From Acidilobaceae archaeon (GTDB lineage Archaea > Thermoproteota > Thermoprotei_A > Sulfolobales > Acidilobaceae): 64,000 nt of DNA. A program made the translations under genes and the position numbers. A model generated the notes under the pieces. That model worked only from the letters and a program-made list of their open reading frames with translations, searched no databases and was not told the origin of the DNA. Below are positions 18,087 through 27,442 of this stretch, piece by piece. The stretch's first letter is position 1, and each line of letters opens with the position of its first letter. The DNA is taken from NCBI GenBank assembly GCA_038897215.1, contig JAWAWX010000001.1:832001-896000 (forward strand). Reading direction: 5' to 3'.

Positions 18087-19472
18087 GTGCAGAGCCCAGC
18101 TCTAGAGATTGCGGTTGCTCTAGCCGCGTCGCTACTAGTGGCTCCAGCGTATCTCTACGTGAAGCTACTAGGGTGGAGAGCGGGCCGCCTCGCTGCTCCA
18201 GCGGGCTTCGCTCTGCTCTCTCTCTACGCTCTCCTCTACCTCGAGGACCCCTTCCAGAGAGCTCTCGCCGCGGTAGCTGGCATCGAGTGCGCTATAGTCT
18301 CTCTCTATACTCTAGAGTACGCTGAAGCCAAGTACGCAAAGTACTCTGAGAGCGCTCCCGGGATCCTTTACACTCTCACCAACATCTTCGGCTTGACGAT
18401 AGTCCTCTTCCTGGCATCCGGCACTGTCGTAGGGTTCGCTGCGCTCTTCGCTCTAGCGGGGCTCGTGGGCTTCCTCCTCGTAGCCTTCGACTCCTTCTTC
18501 GGAGCGTCTCGAGAAGCCTGGAGCGCAGCAGTCAGGTACCTGGCTGCCTCCATGGTGCCCTCAGATATAGCTGCTCTCTCTCTAGCCGGGCTCGCTTTAG
18601 CTCAAGGAGCGGGATTCACTAGCCCTACTAGGCTAGAGCTAGCAATAGAGCCTCTCGTCTTAGCCTTGATCCTCCTAGGCTTTCTGGCTAAAGCTGCAGT
18701 CGCTCCTCTCCACTTCTGGATAGCTGATGCTCACAGCGCTGCTCCAGCTCCCGCTTCCGCTATACTCTCGGGACTCATGGTCAAAATGGGAGTCTACGGT
18801 ATCTACGTTGTCTTCAAGGCTTCAGACTCCCCGCAATCCATCGCTGTGTCTGTAGCTGTTCTCGCGTCTCTGACAACTATCTACGGTGGTTTAGCGGCAT
18901 TACTCCAAGACGATATGAAGAGGCTTCTGGCTTACAGCACGATGTCTAACACTAGCGCTATGGCTATGCTCGCAGCTCTCGGAGAAGCTGTGGAGATAAG
19001 CCCTGCGAGCGTCTTAGCAGTCTACGCTGTGGCACACTCTGTCTTCAAGTCATCGCTATTCCTCGACTCGGGCTTCGTGGAGCTAGTCTTCGGGACTAGG
19101 AGCATCTCTCAGGTCAGAGGCGTAGCTCGAGCATCTCTACTCGAGTCGGCAGCAACAACTCTATCAGTGCTCTCCCTCATAGGGACTCCTCCTACTCTAG
19201 GCTTCCTCTATAAGCTCCTTATGTTCACCTACATAGCCGGAGGTCTCAACGACTCCAGCCTAGCGGCTTTAGTGCTAGCAGTCGTAGCGCTGAAGATAGC
19301 GCTGAGCGCAGGCTACGGGTTGAAGTACATCATGCCACACGTGGCGAGAAGTGAGGAAACACTCTCAGCAGGTAAAGCCGAGAGCCTGGTGAGGTACACT
19401 ACGGCCTCCTCTCTTCTCAATATCGCCGGCCTCGCTATAGTACTTATCGCGACCACGGAGCCCAGCATATAG
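18087..19472 (+). CDS. Antiporter-like membrane subunit (MrpD/NuoN/HyfB family)
   Basis: KAAVAPLHFWIADAHSAAPAPASAILSGLMVKMGVYG, KRLLAYST, G.PP..GF..K. Confidence 0.88.
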   Translation: MQSPALEIAVALAASLLVAPAYLYVKLLGWRAGRLAAPAGFALLSLYALLYLEDPFQRALAAVAGIECAIVSLYTLEYAEAKYAKYSESAPGILYTLTNIFGLTIVLFLASGTVVGFAALFALAGLVGFLLVAFDSFFGASREAWSAAVRYLAASMVPSDIAALSLAGLALAQGAGFTSPTRLELAIEPLVLALILLGFLAKAAVAPLHFWIADAHSAAPAPASAILSGLMVKMGVYGIYVVFKASDSPQSIAVSVAVLASLTTIYGGLAALLQDDMKRLLAYSTMSNTSAMAMLAALGEAVEISPASVLAVYAVAHSVFKSSLFLDSGFVELVFGTRSISQVRGVARASLLESAATTLSVLSLIGTPPTLGFLYKLLMFTYIAGGLNDSSLAALVLAVVALKIALSAGYGLKYIMPHVARSEETLSAGKAESLVRYTTASSLLNIAGLAIVLIATTEPSI

Positions 19473-19577
19473 AGCGACGTGTGCTAGTGATGAGAGCGTT
19501 CAGAGGAGGCTATGAGGGTCCTTGATACTCAATAGTTAAACTCTGGTCTGAAACGCTTTCTAGCCGGGGAGCGGAGA

Positions 19578-20585
19578 GTGATCTACCGCATCTCGGTGCG
19601 CGATTTTAGAGGAATCAGGAGCCTAGATAAGCCTTTAGAGTTCTCGAAACACACGATCGTAATAGGTCCCTCGGGGTCTGGTAAGACTACTCTGCTCGAG
19701 AGCTTGTTCATGGTGCCACCCATCAACGTCTCCATACCTCTAATCTCTGTCACTAAAGTCGACGCCATAGGTAAGCATAGGCTGTGCCCCTCGCTAGTCT
19801 ACAGGTACCATGGTGTAGCTAAGCTGTGGGGCGAGCTAAAGGGGAGAGGCTTCGAGTTCTTGCTGAAGTGCGATTCGCGAGAAGGGTGGCCCGAGGTTTC
19901 GGGCATGATCGGGAATACTGCTGTAGACTTGACAAGAGAAGCTCTCCAAGACCACGAGGAGGTAGATGAGATCATAGAGAAGCTAGAGCTGGAACTAGGA
20001 GTTCATCCCTCTAGTCTAAGCGTCTACTTCCCTAACGATTTGAGATTCCTCTTGATGATGGAGAAAGAGCTAGCTAGAGAAGATAAGTGGGTCTACGTGG
20101 AGAGAAGCGGGTTATCCGTTAAAGTAGTGCAAGAACTCGTAGACAAGGGGTCTCTCAGCGAGAGATACACTGATGCCACTATAAGGAGGAGCAGTATAGC
20201 GTTGAGGAAGGAGACTCCCAGAAACGTGACCTACGTCTACAGCTTCGATCTAGGAGAGGGCTTGATGAGATTCCTCCTGGGCAGGATGTACTTGGAGCTA
20301 GCTAAGCCGAGCATAGTCCTCTGGGATGTGATCGAAGCTGGGCTCAGCCCGCCTCTCATCGCCACGCTGATAGACTACCTGCTCTCAGGAGACTGGCAGA
20401 GCGTGATTACTACTCACTCCATAGACGTGCTCCGACACATAGCATACACTCAGAAGAGCGGCGTCAAGATCGTGCAGATCCATAGAGGCATAGATGACAC
20501 AGTGAAATGGAAGGAGTTCAGCGTAAGCGAGCTCGCAGAGCTTCTAGACAAGGGGATAGACCCGAGACGCACTATAATATCCTGA
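19578..20585 (+). CDS. Stand-alone ABC-type ATPase (AAA_15/AAA_21-like)
   Basis: N-terminal I..FRGI, Walker A GPSGSGKT, LGEG signature, VLWDVIE Walker B, TTHS H-loop. Confidence 0.8.
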   Translation: MIYRISVRDFRGIRSLDKPLEFSKHTIVIGPSGSGKTTLLESLFMVPPINVSIPLISVTKVDAIGKHRLCPSLVYRYHGVAKLWGELKGRGFEFLLKCDSREGWPEVSGMIGNTAVDLTREALQDHEEVDEIIEKLELELGVHPSSLSVYFPNDLRFLLMMEKELAREDKWVYVERSGLSVKVVQELVDKGSLSERYTDATIRRSSIALRKETPRNVTYVYSFDLGEGLMRFLLGRMYLELAKPSIVLWDVIEAGLSPPLIATLIDYLLSGDWQSVITTHSIDVLRHIAYTQKSGVKIVQIHRGIDDTVKWKEFSVSELAELLDKGIDPRRTIIS

Positions 20586-20590
20586 ACAGT

Positions 20591-22642
20591 CTAGTAGCTC
20601 GATAGGAAGTCAGCTAGACCCTCTGGAGGCTCTCCGCTCACGCGAGCCTCCTGGGAGAGCTCTTGAGGCTTCGAAGCTAGCATTGCGCGTGCTCTCTCCA
20701 AGACCTCCTCGTGAGTCTCTCTGGAGGCTCTAGTCCAAGCGTAGAGGTCTCCTAGTAGCACAGGAGCTAAGACGTGCTCTCCGAAGACCTCCGCTATGGG
20801 GCAGTTTCTCAGGCAGAGCCTGCAGCTTACGCAGCGCGAGGAGTCGACTCTAGGTCTCGGTCTACCACCAGTCTTCTCTACTCTGATCGCTCCAGTAGGG
20901 CAGATAGTCTCGCAGGACAAGCAGCCCACGCACTCTCTCCACCTATAGTAACTCTTAATCGAGTCTAGAGCAGTCTCTAGCCCCCCATCGCTAGAGTACG
21001 CTAGCTCGAGCTGAGACCCCTTCGCTCTCAGCGTAGCCGAGTCCCAGCCGGCTTCGAGGAGACCGTGCTCGACTTCGAGCCGTCGAGGCTTCAGAATAGA
21101 GAGCTGGTTCTCGAAAGCCTCTAGGTCTAAAGGCTCAGAGAGCGTTATCTTGAGAGTGTTCTCGCTCCTCTCGACTTCTCTGATTAAGCGAACTCTAGCC
21201 CTATAGAGTCGCTGCCAGTCATCTAGGAGACTACTGAGCCCCAGTTTTCGAGCCATGCTTTCTCTATGACCAGCGGGGCTATGCCATCTCCAGAGAGCGT
21301 AGTCCACGTACTCTCTGGGAGCTCCTAGCTTCTCAGTCCACTCTTCCAGAGCTCTGGTCCACTTAGCCCAGAGGTCGGGATGGGTTCGCGAGACCAAGTC
21401 GAATTCCGCTAGGTAAGACGCTGGACACATGAAGCACCCTATCCTCTCGTAACCCATGTAGTAGAGAGGATTGACTCTCAGGTTCTCCGAGATTATGTAG
21501 AGCCACTCCTCGAACTGAGTCCAGTACATTATGGGAGAGACGTTCAGAACGTAGGGCGCCCACCTGAGCCTCCATGCTATGGAGCCTCTCGCTCTATCTA
21601 TAGACTCGTAGGCTCTCTGAGCAACTATGTTGAGAGCTCCTCCAGCCCACCTCTTCTTGACTACTCTAGCTAGCGGGGTCAGCTTGCATATCTTGCAGCA
21701 CCACCTATAGTCTCTCGCTGGAGGCCCGAATACCTTGAGAGACTCCCAGAAGTCGGCCTCGGGCTCGGCTACGACTAGCTCTAGACCATTCTCCTCAACG
21801 ACTCTCGTAACAGTCTCAAGGGTTTCAGGGAGCTCTAGCTTCGTGTCGTTGAAAAGCACCTGGGGCTCTACTCCCGTCTTGAGCGCTATGTGTAGAGCTA
21901 TGTGGCTATCCTTGCCTCCGCTGAAAGAGACTATAGTCGGGCCCCCTAGTCTCTCAGCATAGACCGCTATGGTTTTCGCTGCTTTAGCCTCGAGTATCCT
22001 CAAATGGTCTCTGTGAGCTTCGAGTACGTCGTCGAGAGTACTCTTCGAGCTAGGAGGCTCCCGGATTCTAGAGTCTCCCCACCAGCTGTGAACTCGAGCT
22101 CTCCCACCGCCTAGAGAGTAGGCTAGCCCCACTGGCTCCCAATTTTCTCTCACTAGGAGTACAGCTCTCCCCTTCTCTACATCTCTTCCGAGGCTGATCA
22201 GTCTTGGGGGCAGTATCTTCGCTCTCGTTACGACCACCTTCTCTACAGCGTCAGGGTCTGCTTCGAGGAGCGCTACTGCTCCTGCTTTGCTCGGTCTGAA
22301 TCTCCACTTCCTGAGAAACGGGTCGAAGTAGAGCCTCCCCACGCTTCTCCCATCTACGTAAACTTCTCTCATCTCATCGAAGTATGGGACTTTGTTTAGG
22401 AGAGCCGGCGACCTGCCTGATAGCGCGGAGAAGAACCTTCTAGCAGCGTCCCCGAACTCTCGCTGGAGAGCTTCGAGGAGAAGCTCGTAGTCTCTCGGGA
22501 GAGCTATTCTAGCGTCTCCTGGCTCGCTTAACTCTAGCCTCTCGGCCTCTCCTCTGCACTTAGGGCACGCCCTCATAGCTAGCGGTATGTTGCACGACTT
22601 GCACCAGAATAGTTTAGCTCTGATAGGCCATCTCTGCTTCAC
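20591..22642 (-). CDS. PAPS-reductase-family protein with N-terminal Zn ribbon and C-terminal 2x[4Fe-4S]
   Basis: CxxC..CxxC N-terminus, SFSGGKDS, RWCCKICK, RIGCFMCP, two ferredoxin motifs. Confidence 0.9.
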   Translation of the reverse strand: MKQRWPIRAKLFWCKSCNIPLAMRACPKCRGEAERLELSEPGDARIALPRDYELLLEALQREFGDAARRFFSALSGRSPALLNKVPYFDEMREVYVDGRSVGRLYFDPFLRKWRFRPSKAGAVALLEADPDAVEKVVVTRAKILPPRLISLGRDVEKGRAVLLVRENWEPVGLAYSLGGGRARVHSWWGDSRIREPPSSKSTLDDVLEAHRDHLRILEAKAAKTIAVYAERLGGPTIVSFSGGKDSHIALHIALKTGVEPQVLFNDTKLELPETLETVTRVVEENGLELVVAEPEADFWESLKVFGPPARDYRWCCKICKLTPLARVVKKRWAGGALNIVAQRAYESIDRARGSIAWRLRWAPYVLNVSPIMYWTQFEEWLYIISENLRVNPLYYMGYERIGCFMCPASYLAEFDLVSRTHPDLWAKWTRALEEWTEKLGAPREYVDYALWRWHSPAGHRESMARKLGLSSLLDDWQRLYRARVRLIREVERSENTLKITLSEPLDLEAFENQLSILKPRRLEVEHGLLEAGWDSATLRAKGSQLELAYSSDGGLETALDSIKSYYRWRECVGCLSCETICPTGAIRVEKTGGRPRPRVDSSRCVSCRLCLRNCPIAEVFGEHVLAPVLLGDLYAWTRASRETHEEVLERARAMLASKPQELSQEARVSGEPPEGLADFLSSY

Positions 22643-22670
22643 TAGAGCTTCTCCCTTGTAGTCAGAGAGC

Positions 22671-24677
22671 CTAGCTGGAGTAATCTAGAGCTATGTGTAT
22701 CTTCCCGCTCCTCGGGTACAGCTTTAGGCTCTCTAGGTTCTCGGGTATGGCGACTTCTGGAGGCGCCTGGAATCCTAGCTTCTCCCAGCTCTTCTTGACC
22801 TCTACTCCAAGACTGAGGAGACTCGAGGGCTCTCCGTGGCACAGTATTATAGAGCGAGGCTTGGGCTTCAGGTGTCTCAAGAAGCTCAGCAACTCGTCTC
22901 TAGTAGCGTGCCCCGTAAAGCCCTCTATAGCTGTAACCTCCATGTTGACCTTTACCCTCTTGACCTTCCCATCTTCCGGCAAGTCTACCTCTCGCAACCC
23001 TTCTACAAGCTTTCTAGCAAGAGTTCCTGGAGCTTGATACGTCACGAACGCCAGAATATTCCTCTCATCGGATGCTAGATTCTTGAAGTACTCGAGCACA
23101 GGCCCTCCCGTCATCATCCCGCTAGTGGAGAGTATTACAGCGGGACCTTGTGACTCTATGGCTTCAACTCTCTTAGAGTCGTCGCTCACATAGACTGTCG
23201 TAGGCCCTAGGAAGATGTTCTCTCCCTGGTACATCATCAAGTCTCTCGGTTGCTTAGCTAGAAGCTCGGGGTACTCTGTGTATATCGCTGTAGCCTCGTA
23301 GATCATACCGTCAACGTATATCGGGACCTCGGGGATCTTCTTCTCCTTAATGAATGTATTCAGGATGTAGAGCATCTCCTGACTCCTCCCGACAGCCATT
23401 ACTGGTATGAGGACTTTCCCTCTCCTATCTACAGCCTTCTTGATTATATTCACTAGCTCCTCTTCAGCCTTCTCTCTAGGCTGGGGGCTCTTAGCGCCGT
23501 ATGTGCCTTCTAGTATTAAAGCCTCTACTCTATGGAATGTCTCGTCTGCTGGAGGTAGGAGTCTTAGAGTTCTATCCGTTTTAATCCTATAGTATTTTAT
23601 GTCACCGCTATAGACTATGTTGAAGAGCCCTTGCCCTATGTGTAGATGGACTAGGCTAGAGCCTAGAACGTGGCCAGCGTTTATGAAAGTAAGCTTTATG
23701 TCTGGAGCCACGTCTGTCACGCTATCGTAGCCTATGGTTACGATTCTACTCATCATCAAAGACAGCTCCTTCATAGTATAGAGAGGCTCTCTACCCTCCT
23801 TCTTCGCTAGCTCGATGAAGTCTGTGAGCAGGAGGAGAGTCAAGTCTCTCGTGGGAGGAGTCATGAAGACTGGTCCTCTATACCCGTACTTGTACAGGAG
23901 GGGGAGGCTGGCTATGTGGTCTAGGTGAGCGTGAGTGATGATCACAGCATCTAGGTCCTCTACTCTGAACTCTGGAGCGTCGAAGCTGGGGAGACCTGAT
24001 GCTGACGAGTCAGCGGGCGACATTCCAGAGTCTAGTAGGACCTTGCTCTCGCCCGTATCGATCAAGATCGCTGAGCGGCCGATCTCGCTGAAGCCTCCGA
24101 GCCCTATTATCCTTATGTACTTCGTGCCCACCACTGGGTCTCTGAAGATCCTCTCTCCTATCTCGAGTAAGGTCTTCCTCCTGATGCTCGCTGCTACACT
24201 CAGATGCCTGAGGACTCCTTCGAGAACCTTGCTTCTCATCATGGGCTTCCTGTAGACCTCTAGCCTCCACCCTGTCTCAGCCAGGACCCTGTACCTTAGC
24301 TGAGCCCCCTTGCCTAGAAGCTTGCCCGGCTTGTCGGTCAGCACTCTAACCTCTCCCATTATCTCATCGAACTGAATGTCCTCCGGAGAGACTGCCACAT
24401 CTTCCGGGACATTGGCTAAAATGAAGTCTATAGTCTGCTCTTTAGGAAGTCTTATCCTTGGGTCTGTTCTAATCACTATCCTCTTCTTGAGAGTCTTAGC
24501 TAGCTCTTTCAGCTTCTCCTCGTTCTCAGCTATGAATCTCGGGTTCTTGACGTATACCGCTATATCGGCTCCCTCGAACTCTATGCTCGATACTCTCGCC
24601 TCTCCTAGGTGCTCCAGCACCTCGGCTACCACACGCTGTCTGTAGCTAGCAGAACTCTCTACAGCCACTTCTCCCAC
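22671..24677 (-). CDS. fttA: beta-CASP ribonuclease aCPSF1 / transcription termination factor FttA
   Basis: N-terminal KH domains, THAHLDH, AGHVLGS, EGTYG, GH, HGE. Confidence 0.96.
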   Translation of the reverse strand: MGEVAVESSASYRQRVVAEVLEHLGEARVSSIEFEGADIAVYVKNPRFIAENEEKLKELAKTLKKRIVIRTDPRIRLPKEQTIDFILANVPEDVAVSPEDIQFDEIMGEVRVLTDKPGKLLGKGAQLRYRVLAETGWRLEVYRKPMMRSKVLEGVLRHLSVAASIRRKTLLEIGERIFRDPVVGTKYIRIIGLGGFSEIGRSAILIDTGESKVLLDSGMSPADSSASGLPSFDAPEFRVEDLDAVIITHAHLDHIASLPLLYKYGYRGPVFMTPPTRDLTLLLLTDFIELAKKEGREPLYTMKELSLMMSRIVTIGYDSVTDVAPDIKLTFINAGHVLGSSLVHLHIGQGLFNIVYSGDIKYYRIKTDRTLRLLPPADETFHRVEALILEGTYGAKSPQPREKAEEELVNIIKKAVDRRGKVLIPVMAVGRSQEMLYILNTFIKEKKIPEVPIYVDGMIYEATAIYTEYPELLAKQPRDLMMYQGENIFLGPTTVYVSDDSKRVEAIESQGPAVILSTSGMMTGGPVLEYFKNLASDERNILAFVTYQAPGTLARKLVEGLREVDLPEDGKVKRVKVNMEVTAIEGFTGHATRDELLSFLRHLKPKPRSIILCHGEPSSLLSLGVEVKKSWEKLGFQAPPEVAIPENLESLKLYPRSGKIHIALDYSS

Positions 24678-24740
24678 TTCACCTCATAATCCTAAGGTAA
24701 GACTCAAGCTTCTAAGGCAAAACTCTAGCGGGAGGTAAGC

Positions 24741-25361
24741 CTATCCAGAGAGGAGGGAGGAGAAGGGTATAAACTTTTCGCTATAACTTTCTCTGCTTAT
24801 CACAGCCACGTCTACGCCATCACCTGAAGCCGCGTCTCTCAACATAGCCGACCTTATGGCAGAGACTGCGAGCTTAATGGCTTCATCGATACTCATATCG
24901 CTTCTGTAGTGCTCCTCGAGGACTCCGTACGCTACGGGAGACCCCGACCCTGTAGCTGTAAATAACTCTTCAGTTATGCCCCCGAAGGGGTCGAGAGTAT
25001 AGAGTCTAGGCTTAGTGTCATAGCCCCCTACTATGATCTGCACGAGGAAGGGGAACCACTTGTAGGAGAAGAGTATCGTCGATAACAGTGTAGCCATGCT
25101 CTTAATGCTCATCCTAGTACCCACCTCGATCTCGTACCTCTTAGCTTCAAGGCTGAGGATGTCTGCTAGGACTTGAGCGTCGGCTACGAGACCCGCGATC
25201 GTTATAGCGGCATAGTCTGTAACCTTGACTATCTTCTTGACCCTCCTGCTAGCTATCATGAAACCCGCTGTAGCTCTCTTATCGGCCGCTAGGACGACCG
25301 AGTCTCCGACAATTAATCCAACAGTAGTGGTTCCAGTGCTGAGAGCTTTCACCTCTTGCAC
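24741..25361 (-). CDS. psmB: Proteasome beta subunit
   Basis: Propeptide followed by GTTTVG, AADKRAT, GSGS, RDAASGDG. Confidence 0.97.
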   Translation of the reverse strand: MQEVKALSTGTTTVGLIVGDSVVLAADKRATAGFMIASRRVKKIVKVTDYAAITIAGLVADAQVLADILSLEAKRYEIEVGTRMSIKSMATLLSTILFSYKWFPFLVQIIVGGYDTKPRLYTLDPFGGITEELFTATGSGSPVAYGVLEEHYRSDMSIDEAIKLAVSAIRSAMLRDAASGDGVDVAVISRESYSEKFIPFSSLLSG

Positions 25362-25415
25362 CCTCTCGCTCCAAGTAGCCTAGAGCCTTATTAGCGACTC
25401 GCTTCAAGCCGCTAC

Positions 25416-26006
25416 CTAGTCTTGCTTCAGTCTCAAGTCTCCCAGGAGTCTCTCTACTAGCTGAGTCTTCACGTCAAACATCTCGAGTAGTCTGAAGAAC
25501 TCCTCGCGTCTCATCAAGCCCTCTGAGAAAAGTGATAGAAGCCACTTCAGGGCTATGAGCGAGCCTGGCGGGAGGGCTATTGATATGATATTAGATGATA
25601 GAGACTTAAGCGCGTTCTCGAGCACCTCAGGGACTTTACCGCTACCTGATATCACGAGGACATCTCTTCCAGAAAGCCTGACTAGCTGGGCTTCGAGATA
25701 GCTCCACCCACTCCTCAATGCTAGCTCGTGGAGTCTCCTAGCTAAGGCTACTGAGAGGTAAGACATGTTTAGTAATACTTCTGCTCTACTTCTCTCAAGC
25801 AGAGACCAGAGTGGTCGGAGCTCGTCATCGCTTCTCAGAGCTATGATGACGCTCGAGAACTCGCCTTCGTGACGAGCGATATCTAGCTTGTTGAGGAAGC
25901 GGGGTAGGCTCTCCGAGAGTATCTCGTATAGAGGAGGCCAGTCCCAGAGGTAGACCTTGACACCGTGACCCGCTAGAACAGCAGCTAGCCGCATGCTCTG
26001 AGGCAC
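25416..26006 (-). CDS. Degenerate NAD(P)-binding protein (6PGD / 3-hydroxyisobutyrate DH N-terminal-like)
   Basis: G..V.LWD, L..D, LNMS, YLEA.L and G....LK pattern; the GxGxxG motif is degenerate. Confidence 0.5.
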   Translation of the reverse strand: MPQSMRLAAVLAGHGVKVYLWDWPPLYEILSESLPRFLNKLDIARHEGEFSSVIIALRSDDELRPLWSLLERSRAEVLLNMSYLSVALARRLHELALRSGWSYLEAQLVRLSGRDVLVISGSGKVPEVLENALKSLSSNIISIALPPGSLIALKWLLSLFSEGLMRREEFFRLLEMFDVKTQLVERLLGDLRLKQD

Positions 26007-26114
26007 TAGCCCGGCTATCAGACTAGATTCTAATCCAGCTCACCTAGCTTGTGTAATCTGATAACGGCTATAAAGCTGGCCATTAGAGAGCAGAGTCTCG
26101 GGAGCGCTCGAGCT

Positions 26115-26999
26115 ATGGGGAGAATGTGTCCCCGATGTGGTAGAGAGAACACTCAATTCGTTGGACCTCTCTGCTCCGACTGCTACATCCAGTTGAGGGG
26201 GGTAGCTGAGGCCCCGGCATCGATAGACTTCGTGTACTGCCAGAGCTGTGGTAGCTATAGAGCACAAGGAGTCTGGGTCGAGGGGCGAGAGAGCCTAGAG
26301 GAGACGCTGGCTGAGTACGTGCAACTATTCCTACCCGGTAAGCTCAAACGCTCTCCCGAGATAGATGAGCTCTGGATCTCCGGCATCAGGATACTCGGTC
26401 CAGCCCCCACTCGAGGACTACTCGAGATAGAGATAGAAGTCTCGGGTAGGTCGGGGGACGTTGCTCTCGTTGAGCGCAAAAAGATGAAAGTCAAGATAGA
26501 CGGGAGACTTTGCCCGCTCTGCTTGAAGAGAAAGACTAGAACAGGCTACGCTGGCATAGTTCAAGTGAGGTCTCTCACGGGAGGCTACACGAAGACCCTC
26601 GACTCGAGAATCAGGAGAGTTCTCGGCGAGCTAGAGTCTAGAATAGCGTCAGCTATAATAGCTATAGATGAGCATAAACATGGCATAGACATACTGGTGG
26701 TAGACCACGCGACCGCTAGACTCATAGCTAGCAAGATGAGGTCCACTCTAGGCGGAGTCGTCAGAGAAAGCTACAAGATCTCGGGGGTCGACTCTCGAGG
26801 GAGGAGACAGTCGATCCTATCGATCTCCGTGAAAGTCCCAGACCTAGAGCCTGGAGAGAGCATAATGCTCGAAGGCAGAGTCTACAGAGTAGTTGCTTTA
26901 GGTAGTGAGAGAGCGGTAGTAGAAGACCTGGAGGCGGGAGAGATTAGAGAAGTGAGCTTCGAGAAGCTCGCTGAAGCCAGAAGGCTTCACTCAACCTGA
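26115..26999 (+). CDS. NMD3 family ribosome biogenesis protein
   Basis: Four CxxC pairs, GIVQVR, GIDI; start taken at ATG 26115. Confidence 0.9.
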   Translation: MGRMCPRCGRENTQFVGPLCSDCYIQLRGVAEAPASIDFVYCQSCGSYRAQGVWVEGRESLEETLAEYVQLFLPGKLKRSPEIDELWISGIRILGPAPTRGLLEIEIEVSGRSGDVALVERKKMKVKIDGRLCPLCLKRKTRTGYAGIVQVRSLTGGYTKTLDSRIRRVLGELESRIASAIIAIDEHKHGIDILVVDHATARLIASKMRSTLGGVVRESYKISGVDSRGRRQSILSISVKVPDLEPGESIMLEGRVYRVVALGSERAVVEDLEAGEIREVSFEKLAEARRLHST

Positions 27000-27060
27000 C
27001 GACCTAGAGCCAACTATATTTATTTACGCTTACCAGAGGCTACGAGGATGGTGTGTTGCA

Positions 27061-27384
27061 GTGATAGAGAGGGAGGGAGGCGAGAGTAAAGAGATACCTC
27101 TTCCGAGCGAGAACGAGGGCACGCTGGTTTGCGTAGTCCGCAGAATAGTTGGAGCAGGGTTTGCTGAAGTTGTGTGCACAGATAACGAGATATACATGGC
27201 TAGAATACCTGGAAAGATGAGGAGAAAGGTCTGGATAAAAGAGGGAGACGTGGTTCTCTTCATGCCCTGGGGTACTAGAGACAAGAAGGGTGAGATACTC
27301 CATAAGTATGAGAAAAGCGACATCAAGACCCTCATAGAGAGCGGTGTGCTACCAGAAGAGCTCCTAGAGGTGGCTCAGAGTTAG
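27061..27384 (+). CDS. eif1a: Translation initiation factor aIF-1A
   Basis: ARIPGKMRRKVWIKEGD.V...W...KGEI..KY. Confidence 0.96.
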   Translation: MIEREGGESKEIPLPSENEGTLVCVVRRIVGAGFAEVVCTDNEIYMARIPGKMRRKVWIKEGDVVLFMPWGTRDKKGEILHKYEKSDIKTLIESGVLPEELLEVAQS

Positions 27385-27442
27385 AGAAGAGATAAGACCC
27401 AAGGCTAGAAGGCTGTGGAGAGAGAGGAGAGACTTAGAGAAG

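Noticed and set aside
16443-19472. Amber (TAG) read-through or recoding fusing in-frame neighbours (18083/18087; also 38535/38531)
   Set aside because: The downstream genes have their own SD and start, conserved genes in the window are full length without internal TAG, and no pyl genes are seen; in-frame spacing occurs by chance one time in three.
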